From Phoronis australis (lineage: Eukaryota; Animalia; Phoronida), in contig NMRA01000139.1 in the NCBI GenBank assembly GCA_002633005.1, forward strand, positions 434,001-497,096: a stretch of DNA of 63,096 nucleotides. Direction: 5' to 3'. The translations under genes and the position numbers were made by a program. Positions within the stretch are counted from its first letter, which is position 1. Each line of letters opens with the position of its first letter. The notes beneath the pieces are model-generated. The model did not search any database. It had not been told where the DNA came from and saw nothing but the letters and a program-made list of their open reading frames with translations. This document shows positions 51,225-63,096 of this stretch, piece after piece.

Positions 51225-54200
51225 GACCAACACTGACAGTTTGTTCTTAAGCTGCAAGGTGTGTTAGCTGTCGGTGGATTTTGTACAGGAATATTTAATG
51301 TGAATATTGAACTAGTGATCATTATTGTGCAATGTGCACGGCACAGATGAATAGAAATTGGAGATAACTACCAATGAACTGTTTGAACATTCCTTGTGCT
51401 GCCCTCTTTTGCAAGTTATCACGGGACTAATGTAATTGGCTGTGATGACTGGAGCGTTTGGGTATTTCAATAATTGAAAGCGATACTCATTGCACATACA
51501 GGTACCTCTAACCAAGGTGAGGCTTCTCTCGGCCATCGTGGCCAGTGAGAATTGAACACTTTACGTGTGGTGTTTCAGGAAGTAAGTTGAGGTCGTGGAC
51601 AAACGGTGAGATCAACTTCAAGCCAAGCTTGAAAAGACTTGATCAGTATAGAGTTGTGTTGTCAGTGAGAATGGATTAAGGTAAACCCGCACGCTAAACT
51701 ACGCCGTATTTCTAGGAAATTGGCAAATTGACACATTTTGAGGTACAGAAATTATTATCTCTGTAGACTTGGATGTCTGCAAAGTGCACATACACTGGAA
51801 TTTGCTCTCCTGACATAAACTTCTGGAATGTAGATATTCTGACTAATACTGTCGAACAAAAGGCATAATTTGTGACATGCAAGAATGATTACTGCATTGT
51901 CTGGAGAACTGTGCCACAGGAGACTGCAGGTGACCACAGGTGATGCAGGTGACCGCAGGTGACCACGTGCATTGAGGCAGACTTTGCATTAGCTTGTGAT
52001 AGTTATATATTCATGAGATCTTAAGATACATGTTAATCAGATTCTGCTATTGACAATCTCTTTGAAACCTATTCTTTTTATTCATATGTGGAGCTGTAAG
52101 TTCTGCGGTCAAAGAAAAATACATTTTCTGCAATTACTAAATTCCAAACTCTTATTCTGTCCTTGTGTAGGTTTAATGATTTACTCAGAACTATACTAAA
52201 CCCTATTTTAGACTATTAAGATACATTACTAATGCGTTGTCACTTAAATCTTTCTAAGAACCTCCCGTTTGTAACTGTTGTCAACCCTCAAGTTAGACGG
52301 AAATTTAAAAACTTACAAATTATTAATCACCATGCCTGACTTACGCTTGGCGGAAGTTGACGGACAGCTTTGGATGAAAGATGGCTGCACTGTGTAGTGC
52401 TGCCTTCACTCTCTGAGGGAATGTTTTGCGGAGTAACGATTTATCTCTGCAGGAAGGCACTTCTTTTATGTAATGCCCAATGACAGTATCTATTTTCTGT
52501 GGAATAAGTAAAACAGGGTTTAGTATGCTTTTAAGATTCTAGGGCCAAGATCTAATCTCGTTACTTTAAATCAAACTCAAAATTATTGTTAACATTCTTT
52601 GGTTTGAACACGAGATAAGCGTATGCTGGAGTATATTATGGTGTTTGTGGTTGACTGTAAACATATTTGACACTTGATCACCCCAGTATCAAGCCAAAAG
52701 CTCTAAACTGAATTTGAAATTCTGAGTTTCTACTCAAAATTTTGAGTTTTTAGTCAAGTTTGTATCTCGAATCTAATGATCATCAAATTTGGACCACACA
52801 CAGATGTTGATGTAACCCATAACATACTCAAGCACAGAACAATAGATAAATATCTTCAGTTGCTATTGACTGAGACTGGTAAAGGCCTAGTTTTTTAGTT
52901 TGATTTTAAGTAAAAAGATAAGATCCTGGTCCTTGAAATCTTCCATACTTTGATTATATTCTTGCTCTAAATATTTGTGTAATATCTGGCTCTTTTAAAG
53001 TTCCCATTGAAAAACAAGTGGGAGTTCAGAACAGATTGCCAAGTTTCAATGTGTGTTTGGTATATGATATACAATTGGCATTGATTCCAGAAGACACCTG
53101 TAATTCAAATGATACCGGTCTTTATCTGCAGTGGTGATAAAATTTGTCAAGTAACCGTAAGCACGAAGAAATTCATTGTGTAACATGTTGTATAGATTTA
53201 TTATCTCTATTGAAAATCGTCATCTTAAGGTTAAGACTTGATATGCTGTCAGTGCCGCCTCTTGTGACTACAATAATCAAGACTGTGTACATGTGTTTTA
53301 TGTAGTAGATAATTCTAATTTACAGAAGCTATCAGCATTGTGTGTGTAAGGACTGTGGTTAAGACCAGGCACAAAACACAAGAAATACCGTACCCATGGA
53401 ACTGCAGTGGTTTTCAAAAAACAATGCTTTTTTTGATTTTCACAGAACTTCGTCTACGTACATTACAAGTGTCTCCCTTTAGTGAGTAGTTGGTGGATTT
53501 CAATGGCAGCTACCAACCTAGTCCTAGTCTATTGCAAAGTGTGCAATAGGCTTTTGTCCAGTATCATATATACTGTTACACAGATCCATTATCTGTCACC
53601 ACACAAAAGCAACTTGGATCAGCCTTCCTGGTACTGTTGGCTCACCCAGTTGTGCATGAACTTATCTATTGACAGAATAGGAGACATCCTTGGCTTGGTC
53701 ATGTTTTGAGTGGTTCTACTGAAGTAATATGGCAGAAATCCAAAAGGAGGACCAGTGTAAATTAACACTGAACCATTTAAAAAAAAAGCTGCAAAATGTT
53801 CACGAAGTATACATTTTTTGAAAACTACTGTACAGCAAGACATTCCATCATGTGGTTGTATACATGTATTTATTTATTAATTTTTGTGCTTGTCTTGTAC
53901 ATCTTATCCTTATGTTTAGCTTATGCATATGTTGAGTGAGGGCCTGTGACCACCATACTGTGCTAGGGACAATGGGTGAATACAACAATTGATCAATCTG
54001 AAGTTGTGTGCCTGGGTAAAGTTAGATGGTGATAGTGCTGAGAAGTTCTCCTCATGATACATTATAGAAATAAGAGGTAGGCCAGCATGGTTCCTGTATC
54101 ATTATATTGTAGTGTCTGGCAGATGGCTCCTGGATATGTGCCCTCATTAACTGTGATCGTATCAACATTCTGTCTGAGGTCCGTTGTTTTCTGTGCTTCT

Positions 54201-55129
54201 CCATATATTAGCTACAAAATTGTGTGATGGATCATAATGAAACACAGAGTTAAATGGCTGAGATGTGCTGGCACCAGTGGATTCACCAACGGATTTGACT
54301 ATCGTGGCACCCCCTGTCAGTCATTTCATTCTTTTCGAGAGGTACATGGTCTGTCAGTTTTTGGTGACAATAATTAACCAAAACTTGGCGCTGAGGTACG
54401 TAGTGGAAATGCGACGGCATGGGTCGATTTTCTGAAAGATTTGTTACTGTGGTAGGTATTACTGGAGCTACTCTAAGTTTGTTGTTTGAGTAGATTTTCC
54501 TTATCTCTTCATCATTGTCAATACCGTTTGACAGTCTTTCCCAAAACTTGAAAAAGATATATAGCAAGGTTGCATGGGCAACACTCAATCACGCAATTTT
54601 CGCAAATTTGATTTCAGTAGCCCTTCCCCCTGGTGGCCGTATTAGTTTTTGACAGGATGTGGTTTGTCCATTGCTTATTGGCAGATTGCCAGGCTGGAAT
54701 GTGTACCAGTTGATGTCCTGGTTCCATATCTTAGTGGCCCAATTGTTGTAATTACTGTACAATATGAACCCCCCCCTCGAAGCATACTGTTTGCTGGACA
54801 CTGGTGGGCTCATTTTTAGGCTTTGCGGTGTTATTGTAAGTTCGAAATGATCACTTGAAATGCAGCAGGTACTCCTGGAATTTAAAGGTAATCGTTTGGT
54901 CCGTTAGTGGGACCTTAGCTAATGTTTGTAATTTTTCAGTTGAATAAGGTGACACCTGGTGGATAACTTTGACTGATTTTGTTCTGTTGTGAAAGTTTTT
55001 TAACATGTCTTTGGACCGCCACCGTGCCGCAATACTGTTCCAAAACTTGCGAGGCACAAAAGCTGTTACCATAGAAACTGAACCCATGATCCTGTGTATT
55101 GGTTGGTTACCGATTATGGCATATTTTCG

Positions 55130-55172
<43 letters not shown>

Positions 55173-55178
55173 TGTGTG
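55130..55178. repeat. (GT)n(GCGT)n microsatellite
   Basis: Read directly from the sequence. Confidence 0.95.
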
Positions 55179-55529
55179 GTTATTGAAGGACGCGCTTTGC
55201 CACAGGTGTGGTGTTGGCTGGTCCAGGACTTGGGGTTCAGAGGATCAGAGTTGTATTTTAGAAGCGCGGCCATGGAATCAACGTTTTGTCCACTGACTGA
55301 TCGATGTTGTCCAATAGGTGTCCTTTAAATGTTTAAATATTTAAAACTTTTTAGTTGTTTTTTGGAGGTTCTTTTTATGTTCGTCAATTTAAACTTGTTA
55401 ATTATTTGAAAATAGCTGCCGGAAATGAGTGTGCAGGTGCTCCAATAATTAAAGAGCCTCTTGGAGATCAGGATTATTGCCTTCAAGTTGTACTATTGTT
55501 AAATCTGTCTACTGTTCACTGTTGCATCT

Positions 55530-55535
55530 AATAAA
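55530..55535 (+). terminator. Candidate polyadenylation signal AATAAA for the semaphorin
   Basis: First canonical AATAAA I found after the stop at 51224; would imply a 3' UTR of up to ~4.3 kb. Confidence 0.25.
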
Positions 55536-56007
55536 GCAATCTTCTGCCCAGTTAATAACTTACAAATCTGCAGGGCACACCATAGCCAAGGGGCGCAAGT
55601 CAAGGCCATTCATAAAGACATGCCCTAGTTAAGTGACCATGTAAATCTTTGTTAGTAGAGGACCTCCAAGTCATCTCCACCAGATTAGGTTTGTTGCATT
55701 AGAAACGGGAAGGGCTGTCTGTAGCTGGTCCGGATGAGTGGGGCGTAACTTGTAGGCTAAACACAACTATACATGTAGTAAGCCATGATCGCCCATAACT
55801 AGATACGGCGTCTGGTGAAGTCGGTGGTGAATAGCCAAAGCTGGTGGTAAACAAATAATGTTCAATTAATGCATACACCTGTATGGTTTTAGGCTTGTGA
55901 ACAAGTAATTACAAATTAATATCGTTCGTAAAGACGAATGTCCAAATGGAGTGAATATCGTCAATCAAGCTTTAGGAACTTTATAAGGCCCATATCAAAG
56001 GGATGAA

Positions 56008-56457
56008 TCAACAACGGGTTGTACTTCAAAACCACTTGCCCGGGCTTCAAAATCAGCTGGGTAGACTGCAAAACCCAGCGGCCGGTGTTCTTACGACTTG
56101 GTGGTCGACCTCTAAACGCGATGTCCGGTATCTCACAAGCAGATGGCTACACCCAAAAAATGGGTGGCCGGACCTAAAACGGGTTCAACTTGGCCGGTGC
56201 TAAATCACAGTGGCCGAACAAATCGCTGATGGTGAACAAAACAAACGGGTAAGAAAAATAAACACTAGAAGTCACTAGAATCCTTCGATACAGCACCGGC
56301 CATCGTGTTTTGGGTTCAGGCAACTTGCTTTATGTGTGAAGCCATCCTGTTTAGAAGCACGGACAACACACTTGATCACCGGTCGATTTGATTTTGCTGT
56401 CCAGCAGCCTGGTTTTGAAGTCCGGGCAAGTGGTTTTGATGTCCGACCTATTGTTGA
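56008..56457. mobile_element. Foldback MITE-like element with long imperfect inverted arms
   Basis: tcaacaa...tcaaaaccacttgcccgggcttcaaaa is mirrored by ttttgaagtccgggcaagtggttttga...ttgttga. Confidence 0.6.
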
Positions 56458-56569
56458 CCTCCCCCCTCCCCCCCTCTTGCATCATGCTTGCATGATTCCT
56501 GCTTCCACGATTGCTACATATTGAAATGACCCTACCCTAAAACGAGGTTCTCTGAGGTCATTCCTGCAA

Positions 56570-56690
56570 CATGGCGTATTTTTGTGGTGTGTAACAACTG
56601 TTTCGTTCCATTTATTTCCCGAGGAAACGAAATACGCAAGAAGTGGATACACGTAATGCGGAGAGATCCTTCGTGCATGGGTATAATGCG
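56570..56690 (+). pseudogene. Second, frameshifted THAP-domain relic
   Basis: VSFHLFPEE in one frame, then IRKKWIHVMRRDP in an adjacent frame, matching the THAP FHxFP...RxxW motif. Confidence 0.5.
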
Positions 56691-56910
56691 AGTTTTCCAA
56701 AAATCCCTGCGGTAAATTATTTGTCGGTGTCGTTCACTGAACAGCTCCGTGAAGTCGATGTTCGCCAGTGATCCACTCGCGTGTGTTTAGCCTTCCGGTC
56801 GTCGAATTATGCGTACAACTGCTCGTGCAAAGACGTTTTTTGCCCGTCGAGTCTCTCATAATAACAAGGTGCCCGCAGACGTGTATCGAAAATTGCTGAA
56901 AGACCCCGTA

Positions 56911-57525
56911 TTGGAGGTGCCTGGCGTGCGTTCAGTAGCGGCTAGGACCTACGCTAGGACCGTAGTTAAAGCCTAGCCAAAGTCACGTGCTCTCATTTAA
57001 AACGCACGGCAATATCTCAAGTAATCTCGCGAAGTCTTGCTTTTTAGCGAGGTCCTAGCGTTACTAAACGGGAGGCAGGTCTCTTAATTCCCATCACCTT
57101 TTCATGCGCGCACCCAGGGGGGCTCGAACGAACCCCCCATTTGGCGAATTGGGTAAAAAGGTCCGCCTCTGAGAAACAAAAATTCCGAGAAAGTGAGACA
57201 AAAGTCCACTAAACAAGNTTGGAGGTGCCTGGCGTGCGTTCAGTAGCGGCTAGGACCTACGCTAGGACCGTAGTTAAAGCCTAGCCAAAGTCACGTGCTC
57301 TCATTTAAAACGCACGGCAATATCTCAAGTAATCTCGCGAAGTCTTGCTTTTTAGCGAGGTCCTAGCGTTACTAAACGGGAGGCAGGTCTCTTAATTCCC
57401 ATCACCTTTTCATGCGCGCACCCAGGGGGGCTCGAACGAACCCCCCATTTGGCGAATTGGGTAAAAAGGTCCGCCTCTGAGAAACAAAAATTCCGAGAAA
57501 GTGAGACAAAAGTCCACTAAACAAG
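56911..57525. other. Probable assembly artefact: 307-bp duplication across a single N at 57218
   Basis: 56911-57217 recurs from 57219 and appears identical by eye. Confidence 0.85.
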
Positions 57526-57646
57526 CACAAACGCGCAATTCACAGTGGTGCCACCGTTTTTTTTTTGTTCGCCGTTTTTTTGTTATCAAAAGGTCCACAA
57601 CGTCAGGAATTCGAGCCCCCCATATTGGAGGCTGGGTGCGCTCATG
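57411..57646. mobile_element. CATG-ended MITE of the same structural type
   Basis: TIR catgcgcgcacccag / ctgggtgcgctcatg; flanks ctttt / ttttt. Confidence 0.62.
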
Positions 57647-58634
57647 TTTTTGAGTGGCAGGTTTTTCTGCTGAGGCCAATCATACGGCAGGAACGACTTA
57701 GAAATTAAAGGGATTTGAACCGCGCGCGGTTTGGCACAATTTGCTGAAAAAGTGCCACTTAACCACAGGCACCTTGTCAATATGAGTGACACCCCGGGTT
57801 TTTTGCAACAATGTCCCCTTTCTTGGAGATTGCATTTGAATTGCTTGTCCGAAGTTAGTCACTGACCTCAAATTTCAGCTGGAGGCCCATGCAGTGGCAA
57901 TGAACTGACAAATCTGTTGGTGTCGAAATCGAAATTACGTTAATTTGTGCAATCTCAAGAGCTGTTCGTATTTACTCAATAACGTGGAAAACTGTTTTAT
58001 CTTACAATTTGCACTTGATGACCCCAACACAAGGCTAAAAATTTGAGTCTGAACTTGACAAAAATTGAGTTCTTACTCGAAATCTTACTCGCGTTTTTAG
58101 ATTACATTAAAGCGTTTCTACAAAGGATTTTTGCATTTTTGAGGTTTTAGGCCGTGTATAATAATTTTATAACATGACTTCTAACCAAAGAAACAATTAT
58201 TTTGAAAATAATTAAGGAACTTTGAATTTAAAGGAAAATTAACGATTTTTTTTTGTTTCCCACCATGTCCTCGATGGAAGACGTTGATCAGTTGACAGAA
58301 ATGGATAATAGTAGTGATTTTGTAAGTTACGAAGTCTTACTGAGCGAGCTTGATGAATATTGTGAAGACAGGTATGGAGGTGGGGTGAAGACGACACTCA
58401 GGCCATAGATGAAACAGGTAATAAGACCTAACCATGTCGGCTGACGGGGGACTTTGCATGTTTGATGCCGTACGAACTCTACTCACCCACGAGTCAAGCC
58501 GTGCCCTACCCACTCGGTCTGCGGACAGTTCTGATTTCAGGGCTCACATTTCTAACCTTTTATTGGGTCAGTATTAAAATTTTTAGCCACTTCAGTGTCG
58601 AATAATATGTATATGACACGAACTGGACATCTAT

Positions 58635-58925
58635 CAGGGGCGGATCCAGGATTTTGAGTTGGGGGGATGGCACAGGAATAACCAGAATTTCGCCTTATGC
58701 GCGCGCCCAGCCTAAAATGTAGGGGTCTCGAATTTTTGGGGTTGTGGAGCTTATTACTAAAAACGCAAAAAAGGAATTTGTTCAAGGCCTGTGCATTGGC
58801 CCCCAAGCCTCCCCCCTCTGGGTGCGCGCATTTGCTAGTCTGCAATTCGCACCCCGAAATGCCGAATGGAATGGGNNNNNNNNNNNNNNNNNNNNNNNNN
58901 NNNNNNNNNNNGGGGGGGGGGGGGG
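58635..58925. mobile_element. CAGGGGCGGATCCAGG-type MITE, right part lost in an assembly gap
   Basis: The left end matches the family; N-run at 58876-58911. Confidence 0.5.
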
Positions 58926-59049
58926 CATGCTGAGGCTGAACTGCCGGCTCTCATCTCAGCTAGTAAGCTCCACCTCACTGTCAGTAACTGCCGCGCCGAT
59001 ATCAAATAAAAAACAGATGATGACTGTTAAGAAGTATCAGCTACAGAAC

Positions 59050-59600
59050 GAGATTTAAAAACCTGCCCGCAGTTGTTTTCAAGAATTGTAAACGTTGATT
59101 AAACGATTCTTCCGCGGTCGTGGGAACCTTCAGTAGAGTACGAAAATAATTGACTATCGCCGCCGCCGGGGTCACTCTTTCATGTTACTATTGGCTGGCG
59201 TGCCGGTTGTCCTAATCGGGGTGTTCCTCAGTAAAGATTCCCCTGGAAACATTCATTTCCCTGGATTTAATTTGCGCCCAAGAAAGCTTCCGCCTGGCGA
59301 AAGCTTTCTTTCAGCTTTTTTTCGGAAAACCGTGAAGTCAGAAGTGGTAGGCGTATTTGCCGGATCGCCTGCCGTTGCACGCAGGGGATTTCCGGTCACC
59401 ATGACTGCAGCCCCATCAGGTCAGACACATGACAGTGAGCGCCAAGTGGATGCACATGACAAGAACACCCAATACTTTTATGCGCGTGCACAAGAGGTGA
59501 GCGCACAGCGGCATCACTGAGGCGGAAGTGACGCCGAGTCAAGAGCGGTGACGTAAGCCTCAGTGATCAATAAATATGAAATTTTTCATTCCTCTCTTTT
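59050..59600 (+). promoter_or_regulatory. CpG-rich putative promoter/first-exon region of the zinc-finger gene
   Basis: CpG density is visibly higher than in the semaphorin introns; ETS-like CGGAAGTG at 59523 and CRE-like GTGACGTAA at 59548. Confidence 0.45.
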
Positions 59601-61794
59601 GAGTAACGAAAATTGAGAAAATAATGAGATCTTGCTTCATTATTGTCTGTTCATCTCGTGCACTCAAGAAACGCGGGCACTGAACTACATATGTACATCG
59701 ACCCGGCACGGTCAACTTAAGGCGGGACTGACCCGCTTAGGCTACACATGGGAGGCGCACCATTGGGGGCTGGAGGACTATAGTCCCATTTTTTCAGTGC
59801 TGAGCTGCCCATGTACATGTTTGTGACGGACCTCTATCATCGTAGGGTTCAGTGTTATCAAAAGAGCACCCAGCAACGTACTTATAAGCCCCTCCGAGCG
59901 TGAGCTAGGCCTCAGTACTGGAAAGAGCAACGAAATCGGGCCAGACATTTCCCTACCGGGATTTCCGAAAGAGCCCCACCAACGTGAACCCCCACTGTGT
60001 TCTTTCAGAAATCTACCCGGCGGTACGACCATAGACGTCACACTATCTTTCTTGCAAAGATTTTATAGTTCAATTATACCGGGATATTGTATCTTTGATT
60101 CTTGGCAGCAAGCATATCGCCACCTAACGGTCGATGTCAGAGCCAACCGGTTGGATTTCCCCAACACTCAGGTCATATTCACCGGGAAGTTTTCACCTAA
60201 GACTATTTATAGTTAATTGTGAGACGTGCTCGAACAAACACACACGTCTTAAGGTAGATCCCAGTCTTAACAGTGGTGAAGCCTATTCGTAAAACAGTAT
60301 TCAGTACACTACCTAGAGACGTCAACTATCTGATGACAGAAAAGGCCAACGTGTCTCCTCCGCTGAGCGAGGCCCGATACTGCACCGTGTGCAACACGAG
60401 CTTGTCCTCACCAGAGGTGGCCGAACAACACTACAACGGTGTCAAACATCAAAAGGCATTAAAGGTAAATGATTGACTAAATGATTAAGAAACCAACTAT
60501 CGGCATTTCGGTATACGAATTATCATAAAATGCCCTCCGTTTGTTTTTCTCAGGGTTTGTATCAGTTCGGTGACTGAGATTGTGTCAAAAGCTTAATTAA
60601 GATGAAGCATCGGTGCCAAAACCTGGTTTAGTGAAATCATATCCAAAGAAAATCCGCGACACGAAACAGTCGATGATTTTGCTTCTGTAATATAATTGAT
60701 TCATTGGATTCATGCTGGCTCAGGTCAGTCAGTCATTTTTCGAAGAAAAGACCAACAGGCACGACGACGACGTCAGCTGAAGTAAATAAGCGAAATATAC
60801 CAAAGCAGAACATGACCTGAACTGACCTATATTACTGCCTGCTTCTTCAGTCTGTCTGCATGACTGCAGCTGCACATATAGGAAGTGTACCACAGTATTC
60901 AATGAGGACAAACCAAATAACAATTATTTACGTAATAGTAATTAAAGCATTAAATACGCCAATCAGAGAACACTGACTTCAAATTTAATTTAAAACGATT
61001 TAAAAACAATACAATCTACTCCTGTGGCAACTGTTTACATAAGATTTTATAATATTTACAGGTTCTGTCTACTGTCGGACAGTCGCCACCTGGACGTAGA
61101 CCAGAAACAGGTAAGTCTTTTCAACCACTACACCTATATTTATAGACGCATAGGTGGATCTGTGTTTCAGCACTCAAATTCACTTTTGACAAAATCTCGG
61201 TTATAAATTTAACAAAAGTGAAGTTCTATCACTGAAAGTAGGGCCTAATGTTGGAATTATTTTATGAGAAGAAGTCTAATTCTATTTTCGTTTTTTGACC
61301 AGCTGTAGCCTGTTGGCTTCTGTAGCTTTAAACGTATCTGCCGCTTGAGAAGTGCGCTTTAGTCCGGCGGACATAGGAGACCATTGTCATCATTCGTCCC
61401 AGTCGAAGCCTATCCTATGTAAGTTCAGAAAAAAAATGAGGTTAAGAATGGACAATACAAGGCTCAGCAACCGGTTTCGTTGCTAAAAATTAATGTTGGC
61501 GGCGCCGTGTATAGTGAGCGTTGCGCCTTACCGACGCGCGCAACTCAGATTTGCTTGAACTTGTACGATGACCGTTTTCTTCATGGACTGAAAACAAAAA
61601 TGCTTAATTGCTTAATAAGTGTAAGTCCAGTTTTCTTATTTTATTACTTCAGAAAAGACGGATGGAAATGCTGAATACTATTTCAATTCTGCAACTGAAC
61701 ACGGGACATGCTTCGTCTGCGACGTTAGCTTGTCTTCCATAGAAAATCGAGACGAACATCTACGTGGCAAAAGACACATGAAGAACCTAAACAG
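59401..61794 (+). CDS. 5' part of a matrin/U1-type C2H2 zinc-finger (ZNF385/ZMAT/ZNF346-like, probably RNA-binding) gene; likely continues beyond the window
   Basis: Exons ~60306/60340-60464 (CTVCNTSLSSPEVAEQHYNGVKHQKALK), 61062-61110 and 61653-61794 (CFVCDVSLSSIENRDEHLRGKRH) are phase-compatible. Both fingers show C-x2-C-x12-H-x5-H spacing. The first exon (ATG 59401, donor at 59420 or 59497) is uncertain. Confidence 0.72.
60340..60464 (+). CDS. Zinc-finger exon 1 (matrin-type C2H2)
   Basis: YCTVCNTSLSSPEVAEQHYNGVKH; donor gtaaat at 60465; acceptor ambiguous (exon start 60306 or 60340). Confidence 0.8.
61062..61110 (+). CDS. Linker exon VLSTVGQSPPGRRPET
   Basis: tttacag / gtaagt; phase 0 to 1 bridges the two finger exons exactly. 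Confidence 0.75.
61653..61794 (+). CDS. Zinc-finger exon 2 (matrin-type C2H2)
   Basis: cttcag / gtaata; GTCFVCDVSLSSIENRDEHLRGKRHMK; phase 1 to 2. Confidence 0.85.
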
Positions 61795-62060
61795 GTAATA
61801 TGAGGTTAATTAAACCCCAGAGTCTATTCTAAAGATCGCAACCGCTGGGCGACCGGAAGGCTGCATGTCCCGAGACATAATGAAAACACCCGAGACAAGA
61901 CTTGTGATACCTCAAAAACTAAAGCACTCAGTCAAGACGCCCTAGAAGGCAAATTACCCGCTCGAATTGGCGGCAAATCTCTACCAAATCCTTCTATGGG
62001 AATACCTGTCATAGTCTCCGGGGTAACAAAACACTGTATCTTGTATGCGTGTATGTATTG

Positions 62061-62299
62061 CAGTGGCAGATCTACGATTTCAGTAAGGGGGGGGGGTTTA
62101 GGATTCGAAAGAATCCGAGGCGCGTAGCGCCGAGGAGAAGGAAGGTCGCGAGAGGGTTTCCCTCCTCCCGTGTAACATTTTTTGGGATTTTTAGTAGCTA
62201 ATTTCGTTTTTCTGGCGATTTTTTCCAGTTTTTATTTTTGATCCTGTCCCGAGGGGAGGGGATTTAAACCCCCTGAACCCCCCTGTAGATCCGCCTCTG
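62061..62299. mobile_element. CA..GCGGA-type MITE with 5-bp TSD (tattg)
   Basis: Ends cagtggcagatctac / gtagatccgcctctg; tattg on both sides. Confidence 0.78.
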
Positions 62300-63096
62300 T
62301 ATTGTCTATGTGAAGCTGCGCCTACAGGTGAAGTTGCGCCTACAGGTGAAGTTGCGCCTACATGAATTAGACGATTGTTTGAATAAAACCACCGTGCACT
62401 ATGAATTTCTTTAAATACTTTGTGAGTGAAACTCGACATATCCGTAAGAAAATGGTTAACAGTGACTAGTAGAACGAAAGGTATTCTAATACTTAAAAGA
62501 CGGACCAAACTTACGAATATCACCTACTTAAAAGGGAACTGTATTTTATCCTGAATAAATTCTGGATAGTTTTCTATGAATTGTTGATTAATTTCACAAA
62601 TAATTCAACACCAAAAATTAAACTTATGTTCTCTAACGAAGCTCAAAAAATTACCGGCTTGGAGCGCTGCTTAGTCTCGTGACGTATTTGGCGGGGGCAA
62701 AGTCACTGTCCTGTGTTAGCGTGCAATCAAGTAGCGTTTTTTGTATTGTCGGAATAAGAAATTTTAGTGTGAAATTTCGGGTCACAAGGGATACCTGTTT
62801 GAGCCGAGGCAACACAAAATGATACCTAGTCATCGTCATCGTCAGACGAAAATTTGCCGGTGTAACTGGTGTCAGTGACTGTGCCGAGGGCAATGTGGAC
62901 TCTAGCCATCCAGTCAGCCAGCTGTCAGCCAATACTCCGGCAGCTCTGTAAACTTGAAGGGTTGGTAAGTTACCGACTGTACCTGTATGAAGACTATCGT
63001 ACCACTGTGTGTTGAGCTCCGTTAACCCCGAAATTTCAGACAGCCGTTGACTACCCGGGTATAGTTGACTCAGTTATGCTCGTCACCTCGTCGTAA

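Noticed and set aside
54851-55328. Overlapping ORFs with THAR/CVRA repeats
   Set aside because: Produced by the (GCGT)n microsatellite.
62651-62963. 93-aa minus-strand ORF, or a next exon of the zinc-finger gene ending at the gtaagt near 62964
   Set aside because: No motif, and I could not find a stop-free phase-2 frame on the + strand.
1-63096. tRNA, rRNA or snRNA genes; prokaryotic or viral systems
   Set aside because: None was recognised by eye; a covariance-model search (tRNAscan-SE, Infernal/Rfam) would be needed to exclude small RNAs.

Overview
Eukaryotic (animal, probably protostome or lophotrochozoan invertebrate) genomic DNA, AT-rich and dense in repeats. Most entries in the ORF track are noise. 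The main feature is a + strand, 16-coding-exon gene (ATG 11449 to TGA 51224) that I assembled by hand from GT-AG sites with consistent phases: 2364 nt, 787 aa. It encodes a divergent secreted class-2-like semaphorin (signal peptide, Sema, PSI, atypical Ig, Sema2-type C-terminal tail). A second + strand gene with matrin/U1-type C2H2 zinc fingers starts near 59.4-60.3 kb and probably runs off the window. The introns hold many non-autonomous elements: Helentron/DINE-1-like repeats, TA-flanked Tc1/mariner-pogo-type elements, a TTAA-flanked Kolobok-like THAP element, CA..TG MITEs with 5-, 6- and 8-bp target duplications, and an RTE LINE 3' end. There are also minisatellites and two probable assembly duplications. 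The best leads for novelty are a candidate alternative terminal exon that would make the semaphorin transmembrane, a minisatellite that copies an exon end and its splice donor four times, and an Ig domain lacking its canonical cysteines. All analysis was done by eye; no database searches were run, and no new system is demonstrated.
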